This document shows positions 37,801-47,300 of a stretch of 64,000 nt of DNA, piece after piece. Source of the stretch: Hypanus sabinus. Its lineage: Eukaryota. The notes below the pieces were generated by a model, which was given only the letters and a program-made list of their open reading frames with translations, was not told the DNA's origin and made no database searches. A program made the position numbers and the translations under genes. Location of the stretch: assembly GCF_030144855.1 (NCBI RefSeq), contig NC_082727.1, forward strand, positions 18,538,001-18,602,000, given 5' to 3'. Within the stretch, counting starts at the first letter, position 1; the number at the start of each line of letters is the position of its first letter.

Positions 37801-40800
37801 GGGGAAAGAAAAGGAGAAAATAAAGGACCCCATTACAGTTAAACCAGTCCAAACCTGCAGGCGAGGTTGGAGCTCACGTTGAAGTTGTCTGTTTACTCAC
37901 CCGCTGGACCCAAGTTCTGCATGAAAGCACACACCACATTCCGATCTTCGCTCAAAGTCCATCTTGAAGTAATGGGCTCTCTCTCGGGGGTATTGACCCC
38001 TCCTCCTTGGAGCCATTCATCTGCACAAAGCACCATGTGAAACAGGGATGCCCCTTCCCACGGCGTCCGCAGCCATCTTCCCTGCTGTCTTCTCCGTAAC
38101 TCCCCCCAAAAAATAAACCGCAAACCATATTGTCCATTTCAAATCTCTCTCCGCCCCACTCTCTCGAACTTTCTCCTGATTCTGCCATCCTGATTAGCTG
38201 ACACCACGTTGCTAAGTTGAACATCGTAGCTTCTTATCTTTTAGCCAAGACCCAAGCATTTCTAAAAACAGAATAGACCGTTCTTACAGAACTGCTAATA
38301 TGAAATGCCTATAGCAGAGCAGTAAAATCCTTAACCAGAGCATTACACAGTCATTGAGTCAAAGAACGCTACCAGCACAGAAGTAGGTCCTTTGGCCCGT
38401 CTAGTTTGTGCCGAACTATTAATTTACCTTGGGCCATAGTCCTCCATACCTCTCCCATTAATGTACCTATCCAAATCCCTCTTAGATGCTGGAATTGAAC
38501 CCATGTCTACCGCTTCCACAGGCAGCTCGTTCCACACACCAGCCGTGCTCCGAGTGAAATTCCCACTCGTATTCCCCTTAGACATTTCAGCTTGCGTCCT
38601 TGACCTGTGACCTCTAGTCGTCTCATCTGACCTCAGTGGAGAAAAGCTTGCTTGAGTATACCCTAAATGCCCCCCCTCATGAGTTCACTTACAGGACTGT
38701 ATGCACATTAACCATTGCACTGGATAAATTTGTTAATTGACTAAACGTGGACTGCTCATTCCTCTCCTATATGCTGCCTGACCTGCATTCCTCCAGTGTT
38801 GTGTGTGTATTGTTAATTGCTTGCCTGCCTCAGTAGCCTTTCACAGAGAGGTGAGGATGTGTCGTTGGTGCTCCACTGTTGACCCTCTGTTTTCTCCTCG
38901 ACCCTCTAGGGCCTGCAGGTTAAAGAAGAAAGCCCAGCACGAGGCAAACAAAATCAAGCTCTGGGGGCTCAATACAGAGCACGGTGAGTGTCTACCCGGG
39001 GTTACCGGCCAGAGACCGCGCGAAAGGTTCACCCCGAGTCCAAGCGTTGGCTATAAACTCACGAAAAATTGAAAGTGGGAGCTAGCCTTTCGGCCCCTCA
39101 AGCCTACTATCCTATTCAGTAGGATCAGAGTTGACCTCATCAGGACCTCAGTCTACTTCCGACCCTCTGTGGCAGAAGGTGTGTGACAATCCTTAGACCA
39201 AGATTAGTCCTACCCCAGCGCTGCAGTGTACAATAGCATGGAAGCAATCAGTTTATTTTCCAAATGGAGTGGCGGGAGTTGGTGGATTCAGAAATCACAG
39301 GTGCAAAGGAGGGGAGTCCACGTGCCAGGTGTCCCTTTAGAACAGAGAAGAGAGGATTTTCTTTAGCCAGAGGGTGGTGAATAGGCGGAATTCATGGCCA
39401 CGTACAGCTGTGGAGGCCAAGTCATTGGGTATATTTAAAGTGGAGGTTAATAGGTTCATGATTAGTCAGGGTGTCAAAGGTTACAGGGAGATGGCAGGAG
39501 AATGGGGTTGAGAGGGGTAATAAATCAGCCATGGTGGAATGGTAGGTTGACTGGCCTAATTGTGCTCTTATGCTTTATGGTTTTCAAAAGCAAGGATACA
39601 GTGCTGAGGATTTATCCCCCTCTCCTGGTCTGCTCTGGAATATTGTTGGCTGCCTGCCTGCCTGACTTGTCTTTCCTGCTTTCCCTCACGCAGATAACTT
39701 GCTCCGGGTCATCGTGGCGATCAAGCGGCAGATCGTGCAGAGGGTGGAGAACAGTGACGGGTCAGAGGAGGGGAGCATGACTGAGAAACTGCAGATGCTG
39801 CTGAGAGACACCATTGGTAAGGGCAGAGCCGCACTCGGCGGGGGGTCAAACTGGACAAGCCAGACACTGCAGATAACTGAGAAACACTCAGCCGGTCAGG
39901 GGGCATCTGCGCAGACAGAAATATAGAACAGTGCAGCTCAGGAGTAGGCCTTTCGGCCCACCAGTCTGTGCTGCCCCTCATGTCAGAGTGCTACAGCACA
40001 GAAACAGGCCTTTCAGCCCATCCAGTCCATGCTGAATCATTACTCTGCCTAGTCCCTTCGAACCCCCCCCCCCCCCAAAACCTGGACCATAGCTCTCCAT
40101 ACCCCTCGCATCCTTGTACCTACCCAAGCTTAACGTTGCAGTCAAACCTGATTCACCACCTCCACCGGCAGCTCGTTCCACACTCATACAAAGCTCCCCC
40201 TCAGAATCCCCTTAAGCATCACCCCTTTCTCCCTCAGCCCCATGACCTCTAGCTCTAGTCTCACCGAATCTCAGTGGGAAACGCCTGCTTGCGTTTAGCC
40301 TATCTATACCCCTGTGAGCCATTCGACCCAATCCCGTCTGCACGTGGTCTACATCTCGCCATTTCCTGCCTGTCTGAGTGCCTCAACCCCATTGCCCTAT
40401 ATGTCTCCTGGCACCATATTCCAGGCGTCTAAAACTCCTAGTGTTTAAAAGCTTGTAAATCTCCTTTTAACCTTTCCCTCTAGTCTTCAACCTGCGGCCT
40501 CTAGCATTAGGCATTTCCCTCTCACTTTCCAACTCTTTCCCCCTCTCATCTTAAACCTGTAGCCTCTAATATTAGAGATTTCCACCCCAGGGGAAAGATT
40601 CTGACTGCACCCTCTCATCATGACATGGGTGACGCGGTGGCACAGCGGCCAGTGTAATGCTATCACAGTATCAGCGACCAGGGTTCAATTCCCACCACTG
40701 CCTGTAAGGAGTTTGCACATTCCAAAGATGGACGTGTTCATTGGATGGGGTTGGGGACTCACTGGGTCAGAGGGGCCTGATGCCGTGCAGTATTTTCCAT

Positions 40801-41309
40801 CAGCCTCCACTGCAGAGAAGACGATCCAAGGGGGCGAGGGGTGTCAGGGAAGAAAATTTGGGGGGACTGAATATTGGAAATAGCTAATTAGCAAGGTCAC
40901 GTTGTCCTTTTACACATCCCCACTGAGCAATTACACCAGTGTAACACTGATCCTGTCTATTCTGCCCCTTCCCCTCACAAACAGCCCCTTCGGGATGTGG
41001 GAGAATACTGGAGCACCTTAGGGCCTTGGGGAGGATGTGCAAACTCCACACAGACAGCGCTGGAGTCCGGGGTGGTGTGGGGCACCGGCACAGTGATCAG
41101 ATTCTAACCGAATGGGGCCCTCCCCCCACAGACCCACGTTCATTGGGAGACTCTCTCCGCCGCCCGGCTGGAGGCAGCCGATGCGCCAGGAGTTACTAAG
41201 CCCGTTGCTTTGCGTTCCAGGGCGGTCGGTGGCAGGGCAGACGTCTGAGTTTGTGAACGAGGTGCTGGAGAAGGCGTCGGCGGGAGAACTCGGCAGCAGT
41301 CTGAGTTGA
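7821..41309 (+). CDS. CREBRF: CREB3 regulatory factor (CREBRF)-like bZIP transcription factor, spliced gene span (8 coding exons, 586 aa)
   Basis: Exons joined manually give MPQ|[16 protein letters not shown]...|...TKYTK...SPYQ...TPTLAELN...EEHNYSLF...acidic tract|...KRRYFWEYS...PSEW...LPSNIYQK|...[19 protein letters not shown]...[14 protein letters not shown]|[23 protein letters not shown]|...|[15 protein letters not shown]. These match human CREBRF motifs as I recall them. All introns are GT-AG, phases 0,0,1,1,2,1,1, total 1761 nt with no internal stop. May be a paralog rather than the ortholog. Confidence 0.93.
7899..7920. repeat. (TG)11 microsatellite
   Basis: Read directly from the sequence. 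Confidence 0.9.
8590..8875 (+). mobile_element. tRNA-derived SINE (V-SINE/HE1-like)
   Basis: A-box-like tagcctagtgg, B-box-like ggtttaattcc, central ccgggttcctcccac motif. Related copies at about 19690-19960(+), 33330-33600(-), 34680-34900(-), 40630-40720(+) and 50010-50170(+). Confidence 0.7.
9037..11126 (-). mobile_element. Ty3/Gypsy LTR retrotransposon, internally deleted (2090 bp)
   Basis: LTRs 10892-11126 and 9037-9250 (TG...CA), 4-bp TSD ACGC on both sides, PBS TGGTGACCCCGAC (10877-10889, complementary to the tRNA-Trp 3' end), poly-G PPT adjacent to the 3' LTR. Contains the gag N-terminus and integrase; PR, RT and most of RNase H are absent. Confidence 0.95.
9206..10630 (-). CDS. Gypsy integrase (with RNase H C-terminal remnant), open reading frame
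   Basis: [15 protein letters not shown]; HHCC zinc finger (IHNLAHP...CMHC); catalytic core HVDIVGP / SDRGAQF / NGLVERFHR; GPY/F-type RPYEGPF. Confidence 0.85.
   Translation of the reverse strand, partial: ESYISEYMTNVRHVSGKDNVVADALSRPTVHALSQGVDFEALAEAQQADEEILSYRTAVSGLQLQDLPVGPGERTLLGDVATGQPRPVVPTAWRRRVFDSIHNLAHPSIRTTVRMVSSRFVWHGLRKQVSEWAKTCMHCQTAKVQRHTKAPPQQFHPTHRRFDHIHVDIVGPLPVSHGARHLLTIVDRFTRWPEAVPLTETTSEFCARALITTWISRFGIMAHITSDRGAQFTSSQWSAMASLLGSQLHHTTAYHPQSNGLVERFHRHLKSALMARLRGANWAHELPWVLLGIRTAPKDDLHASSAKLVYGAPLVVPGEFLPAPRGQEEDPAAVLGRLRERLGDLTPMPTSQHGRNPTCVPKDLQNCKFVFVRRGGHRPPLQRPYEGPFMVLRNNGSTFVLDVGGKEEVFTVDRLKPAHVDLAQPAEFPAPRRRGRPPKQVLAQTVDIGGCIAGSGGGGLCGDPFPGTSEPAHN
14170..14620 (+). 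mobile_element. Young CR1 3' fragment inserted into a PLE-derived element
   Basis: [33 protein letters not shown]...[14 protein letters not shown] is uninterrupted. Flanked by an approximate duplication atc(c)ttcct. Confidence 0.85.
19341..19463 (+). CDS. CREBRF: CREBRF-like coding exon 2 (41 aa, [41 protein letters not shown])
   Basis: Acceptor tttcacttgcag, donor gtacag, 123 nt, phase 0-0. Aligns with CREBRF PSVSGMDPPFGDAFRS...SSDPDFMYEL. This frame is not in the ORF track. Confidence 0.88.
21426..25910 (-). mobile_element. Decayed Ty3/Gypsy LTR element split by an L1 insertion
   Basis: Gag remnant (YFEANRIA...[11 protein letters not shown]...[13 protein letters not shown]), protease remnant [12 protein letters not shown] (degenerate DTG). 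LTR-like ends at about 21426-21597 (followed by PPT-like ctcctccc) and about 25750-25910 share sequence (ttcaaagga, gaatgctt). Confidence 0.7.
23864..25680 (+). mobile_element. L1-clade LINE, 5'-truncated, AT-rich
   Basis: ORF2 C-terminal motifs [22 protein letters not shown] and [14 protein letters not shown]; AATAAA and poly-A tail; TSD aaaaaaaaagcttgtt at 23848-23863 and ending at 25688, at a TTTT/AA endonuclease site. Confidence 0.9.
27885..28845 (+). CDS. CREBRF: CREBRF-like coding exon 3 (large exon; conserved N-terminal region, EHNY motif, acidic tract)
   Basis: Lies within ORF 27834..28952. Branch point actaat at 27851, acceptor ctgcag at 27884, donor GCAG|gtacaa. Motifs [51 protein letters not shown]. 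Confidence 0.92.
28930..30380 (-). mobile_element. Two adjacent CR1 3' fragments
   Basis: [49 protein letters not shown]; a second, older copy at 28930-29500. Confidence 0.85.
32052..32243 (+). CDS. CREBRF: CREBRF-like coding exon 4
   Basis: Acceptor ctttctcag, donor gtaaac, 192 nt, phase 1-1. Encodes ...[45 protein letters not shown]. This frame is not in the ORF track. Confidence 0.93.
33806..33995 (+). CDS. CREBRF: CREBRF-like coding exon 5 (start of the bZIP basic region)
   Basis: Acceptor ctccag, donor gtaaat. Encodes [59 protein letters not shown]. Confidence 0.95.
35530..35915 (-). mobile_element. Rex1/Babar LINE 3' fragment
   Basis: [19 protein letters not shown]...[14 protein letters not shown]...HPLH. 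Confidence 0.8.
36890..37480 (-). mobile_element. Rex1/Babar LINE RT fragment
   Basis: [13 protein letters not shown]...[12 protein letters not shown]...WCHSRN...[14 protein letters not shown]. Related remnants at about 20700-21420 and 26400-26630. Confidence 0.8.
38910..38983 (+). CDS. CREBRF: CREBRF-like coding exon 6 (bZIP basic region / zipper start)
   Basis: Acceptor ctctag, donor gtgagt, 74 nt. Encodes [24 protein letters not shown]. Confidence 0.95.
39694..39816 (+). CDS. CREBRF: CREBRF-like coding exon 7 (zipper)
   Basis: Acceptor cacgcag, donor gtaagg, 123 nt. Encodes [42 protein letters not shown]. Confidence 0.93.
41221..41309 (+). CDS. CREBRF: CREBRF-like last coding exon
   Basis: Branch point actaag, acceptor ttccag at 41220. 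Encodes [28 protein letters not shown] followed by TGA. Confidence 0.93.
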
Positions 41310-44300
41310 CCGGTTGCCCTCTGCCCGGAATCTGTGCTGTGAAAGCGTGGTCTCGTTAAACAGCAACAAGGCAGGGACTTGGTTGCTGGAGAAGACGTCC
41401 TCCCTCCCCTCAGCCTCCATCTACTTGCTGCCAGCCTTTATTTCCCCTTTTGCAGGAGGGTGTGCTTGTCACGCTAGCCTCCCTCCTGATAACCTTGCTT
41501 CTCCACACCCTCCCCCCTCAGCCCTCTCTTTTAGCCCCTCCCCGGCCGAGTTAGCAAGGAGCCAGAAGGAAGTGAGATCCCCCTCAGGGTGGTTTTGAGG
41601 TAGAAGTGACGTTCGGAACGAGGAGGAGAACTGGAAGCCGGTGGCCTAGTGTGGACAGCCCCAGCAGCTGCTTCCATGGATTCTCTCGACACGTCGTGGT
41701 GACGGGGCCTTAGTGCGCACAGCAGGTGTTGTGGAGTGCCCCTTGTTTCTGAAATACCCCAGCTGCAGATGCGAAGCCCTCCAGAATGCGTCAGCTTCCC
41801 TCCGGACTCGCTCCCCAGCTCCTTCTCCTGTGACTTGTTTCCTGTTGCTTTTGCTATGAAAATTTCCGAGACAAAACCCTCCTCCCAAGACGTTGGATGT
41901 GCCGGTCGTTTCTGGAGCAGTCGTTCTGCAAGGGAGTTGTGCCAGGGCCAGGGATGGGTTGTGACGGTGAGGCACTCCCCACCCTACCGTCCCTCTGTCC
42001 AGTTTCTGAGGCTTCCGAGCCTGCGAGTGTCCGACAATCGGGATTTATTCAGCGAATACTGTGAACTGCAAAAATGCTGCAAAGCCCATTGTGGTTCCTT
42101 TATCTGACATGCGAGCACTTTACATTTTATAGAAGTTCACTGTTACAGGTGTTAGGTGACTGACTTTTTGTGTGGGTGGGTGGGGTGTTCAGCAACTGAC
42201 AATGAATGTATAAGCTGGGAGGTGGGCTGTTGGTGTTCCCAGGCGGAACGGTGTGGGCCGGCTGTGTGTCGTCCGCCCAGCTGACACATGCCTGATTCTC
42301 CTCTCTGGTGTGCTTTACTTGAAGACAGCGGGAAACTGACCAAAGGGTGTGAGAGTGACCGAGAGCTATTTGTCCAAAACTCCATGGAGTTGTCTGTCCC
42401 CTTTTGCCCCAAGATGTCGGCGTCAAGCAGCTGGGGAAGCTCCTGGTGGGCCCCGAGTTCCTGATTCCATGACTCAGCCTCTGTTGAGGGGAGTGTCCCC
42501 ACCCTTTGTGTTTGAGGGGTGGGTGGGGGGAATGAGGCAGGAAAGGTTACCTACTGTTCCTGAGGCATTGCCTGGTGTGGGGGGGGGGGGGACGTGGACA
42601 GAGGAGCCTCTGGTGCTGCCAAGGTGCAGTCACATCCCCGAGGCCTGGGAAAGGAAGCCATTTCATCAGGTGGGGGCACTTTACTGGACTTCGGATGGGG
42701 AAGGCAAGAATTTACTGTTGAAAAGCCGGCACGCTGTGGCTACCTCAGTGGTGATCGGGGGTGGGGGGGGGAGGTTCAGTCCGATGTTGGAGGGAGGAGT
42801 GTCATTTTGGGACAGGGAGAGGTGATCCCAGCTACACTGGCCTGATGAAGCCCTTGGCAGCCTCGGTTCTCTGTGTGGGGGCGGTGCGGTTTCAGATTTG
42901 ACTACCCCACGAGTGAGGGTCTGATTCTCCCCCGCCAGTGTTTTACTTGAGAGCCAGGGAAACCGAGCAAAGGGTTGAGAGTGACCGAGGGCCATTTCTC
43001 CGAAGCTTGAGTTGTGTGCGCCCAGTTTCCTGAGGTTGGGTGACGAACTGTAGGGGGGGGTGATGTGGTGTTTGGGCCTTCCATTGAGCAGTAAGAGCAA
43101 GTCGGACCCTCCTTTGAGTTTGTTGGGAACCTCGGGCACAGAGGTACTGAGAGTGGGAGCGAGAAAGATTTTTCTCCGCCACCCTCAGTTTTGGAAGGAG
43201 ACGACAGCCTGGAGGTGCCATAGCAACAGAGGTGTAAAAAAATTAATCCCCAGCTCTTAGACACAGTAGGTGCCCAAAATCACTTCTCTCACCAGCTTCT
43301 TTTGAAAACTTCTTTTCTGCCTATGACTGACTTCACCCGTCCTGACACGGAAATGGCCTATTCCCTCCTGACACGGAAATGGCCTATTCCCTCCGGAGTC
43401 CTGAGGGGAGCCATGCTCTCTCTGCCTGGACTGTGTATAGCACACGTGACTGACCTTGGTTCCTGCTCCACTGCTTGACGGAGGAAGCAGGCCCCTCCCA
43501 CCCATCGACACCACGCGTGAGCGAAACCGCGAAGATCGCGGAAGGATCTAACCTGAGGCTTTGCAACCTTTTTTTTTGTATGCTGTTAACTGAGGGGCCT
43601 GTGGACCCCAGGCTGGGAATCGCTGGTCTAACCAAAGGAGGGTGAGGAACTGCCTCAGTGCGGAGGAAGAGTTGCCGTGGAAGGTGGGCTCATTTGCTGA
43701 AATGTTAGCTCCTTCCCTCTCCACAGACGCTGCCTGGCCCACTGGCTATTCCAACATGTTTCACCTTGGTTCGAGTATCCAGCAAAGCATCACACTTTAG
43801 TGTGTGTCAAACCTAAACACGTCCAGTTAGGCCAATCCTTAGTTTCCAGATTCAGTAATCCCATCTCTTCCTCTGAAACCCAGTGGTTCAGACTTTGGAA
43901 GTCGGTCAGGGATGTCTAATCTGTCCGAGCTTTTCCTCTCCCCTTTGCCCGTGAGGAGGGACCCGCAATCAGTGGTCTGCACAGATGATTCATTGGGGGT
44001 GTGTTCCATCTGCTGTTGACCGCCCTTGCTAGTTGGTCTTGGATGCTGTTTGTCTCGGTCCCAGTGAAGGGCAGGAAGGAAGCAAACCCTGTAAATACCC
44101 CACTGTGAGGGGGTGGAAGTGGGACAGGAGGGGTTTCTTGTCAGTGAAAACGCTTGCCCCCCTTTTCACAGGCAAATCCATATTTCTTTTGCTGAGGGAC
44201 TAGTCCCTTTCTGTTTCAAATAAGCTAGAGAAGCACTTTTGGAATATAATCTCCGGTGGTGTTTGGGCGATTTTCGACCCTGTACCACGCCTGTGTTGTT

Positions 44301-47300
44301 TTTTTTTTCACTCGATCCCAGTTATGTAGCTCCTTACAGACCTTTCATTTCCAGCCCATGTTCTGACCCTCCCCCCAAAAAAGCCCCCACTTTGTACTCC
44401 CACAGACCACTTCCCCAAGGGGCCACATCAGCATCAGTCCTAGGGATCCGATCGGTGTCATACGTGAACTGAAGAAGCCGTTCAGCCTGCACAGTCCGTA
44501 CTAACTTTCAGAGCACTCACATCTGTCCTATCCCCAGATCAATTTTTTCTCCACTGGTTCTACATTAATTTCTTCCTGCTTTCAGTAACAGGTTAATCCA
44601 GGTCTCTAGGATATGGAGTGTTAGCTTGGGGGGGTTGCAGGAAGAACCCACGTAGTAACAAGCACTCCACACCAACAGTGCCTGAGGTCGGGAACGAAGC
44701 AGTGACTACCCACTGCGCCACTGTCCTGTTCTTGTTAAGGAAGTACCCTCTGAGAGGTTGATGAGTGGGCAGTGGCAGCGAGGGACACATTAGAACGAAG
44801 TTGTGTTGTTTCTGTTGGAGTTTGCCCTGGGTGGTCAGGGCTGCTTGTCAGAGAACCAGCCACTCTATTCCCCCGCAAGGTGTGACATTGAGTTACTGTT
44901 AGATTTACATTGTTCACATCTGAAGATCTATAGCTGTAAGGAGTTGCCGATGGGGATCGGTTTTGCTTTGAGTATGGGATATTATAATGACTGACTATTA
45001 TGCTGTGTCCGGATCTAATAGCATCATGGTGATTGAACGCGTTGTAGAGGCGACACCAGTTGTTCTGCCTGTTGTCTTTTCACCACTCGCTGTGACAAAG
45101 CTGCCTTTTTGTTTTCTTTCAGTGAGGTGGGGAGGGTCCTGTGGGAGTTGGGTCTTCACCTCATGAATCTGGACCGAGCAAAGGGAACCAAAATTGGCTT
45201 GGCCTCCGCCGAACCCTGCCCTTTTCTGTGTGTGTGTCCCAGCACAGTGAAGATGGGCTGAATGGCTCCCAGCCTACGGGAGTTGTGGGGGTGGGGGGTC
45301 CTCTGGTCGAGGTGGTGGTGCTCCCCGGGTTGGGGAAGGACTGGCCTGGGTTATAACCAGGCTGATAAGTTTTATAATCTATTTGGGGCCAAAGCATTTG
45401 GATAATCAGAATCCTCTTAATGGAAACGAATGTATTTAGCATCTAGTATTGTAAAGTTGTGGAACTCGTATTACTGACTCTAAGCACTTTAAGCAATTTA
45501 TTGTAGTTTGTGCAGAGCCTAGAGATGATCAGTGCCTGCAGTTCATAGGCTTAGCACTGACGTATCTTATCTGAAAACACAAGATATGCCTTTTGAGTGA
45601 AGGGGGGCTGTAGGCTTTGAACAGAATGTAATACTTGAAGTCATTGTTCTAAGGCGGGCTCTTTCTAAGATTAACTCAGCACTGGTGTGTGTGTGTGATT
45701 TCTGTAAAGTGTCAATGGCCGACTTCCCTGGACTTTGCAAACCCTCCCTGTTCTCCTGCCAGGCAATCGGGGAGCTGAGGTTTAGGATTGGTGGGGGCTC
45801 GATCTGTGCCGTGCCGAGAGGGGGAGAACTACTCTAACATCCCGAGGGGCTGGTGGTTTTCACCTCGTCTTTCCAGGAGGGGTTCCTCCACGTGCAGGAG
45901 TTGTAACATTCAGCATTTTCTCACTGCCGATGGGCCCTGAAGTGTCGTCATCGCATCGCCCTCCCTGGGTGGGGTGGACTTGTTCCCCCTTGCTCTAAAC
46001 ACGGTGTATTGACCGTGGCACACTAACTCCTCTTGCAGTAATAACGGAGCAGTTGCCTCTGATCATCTTTCAGATCTGGTTCACAGGGCAAAAGTTAGGA
46101 ATCATAGTCCTCTGACGTTTCCCGATTCTGTCTGCTGTTGTTTGACTGGATGTTGGTCAAAGCAATGTAACACTCTTAGCTAAAACACAGACTGCTAATT
46201 CCCCTCCACCAACATTCGGAGAGCTGATACAAGCAGCTGCCCAGGGTAAGACTGTGCCCGAAACCATCACCCCAATTTCCGGCCGAGTCCTCGATGTGTA
46301 TGGGGCGGACAGTTCCGAGCTGGTGACTGTACGCCAGAAGGTAACCGGGGGCCCCCTCTGACTGGGCAAGGTCTCTTTGGAGATTTGTGGGTCTGTTGGA
46401 CAGGGTTCCTTGACGATGAGCAATTGGGTTGGTGGATGTGAACCCCTGCAAGTCCCAGGCTGTAGTTGGGAGCCTTCCTGAAATTCGTGAAGTTGTTTGA
46501 AATTTATTTCCCCCTCTCTTTACCGCCCCCACCCACCCTGGTATCTCTTCTGGTTACAAGCTGCGTCTTGGAGCCCTGGTGAATGTTGGATGATGTCAAC
46601 ATGCCAATCTAACTGTGCCAACCATGGGTGCCCCCTAAGGCAGAATGGCATTGGGTAAGAGCAGCGGGCGGGGGAGGTTGAGTGGGAGAGTGCAGGGCTG
46701 TGTCGACATGGGACGCAGAGCAGTTGGGTCACCAAAGACAGGGTTGGAGTAGGATTGGTAAAGTCGAGATGAAAAGGACAGCAGAAGATTTATTTTCTGA
46801 CGAAGATCTGGTCTCCAGCCTAAGGTCCCAATACCCATTGTAACAGGAACCATTGCAATCCCAGAGAAGCCGGCCATTTGTTATTGAAAGCTGCTACAGT
46901 GTTCTATGCTTGTTATGCAAGTGTCATATGTATACCCAGAGGTCTACTTCCTTGTCTCTGCCTAATGAGTACTGTAAACTACTTTGTGCAGTAAATGTAT
47001 TGTTAAGAGTACACTTTAGTTGTCTAAGTTTTCATGAGCAATTTGAAATTGTACTGTGTGTATTCAATATATAAACCCCCATTTCTTGCCATGGTTACAG
47101 CTGAGCTCAGTGGGTTTAGAGCTGAGAAGTGTCATTTCCCCAAGGTCGGGTCACATCCCTGGAGACATTGGTTCATGCTTTAATGATTTGCCCAACAAGT
47201 TTTGCCACCTTCCTAGTCTCCCTGCCCTTCATTCTAAAGCTGTGCCCTTAAATATGGGCTTGAGTGCCTTGTCTTTCCTCGATATCATCTCCCCATTTCC

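Noticed and set aside
42841-42900. cctgatgaag as another hammerhead core in the 3'UTR
   Set aside because: No downstream stem II + GAAA + UH arrangement could be found.
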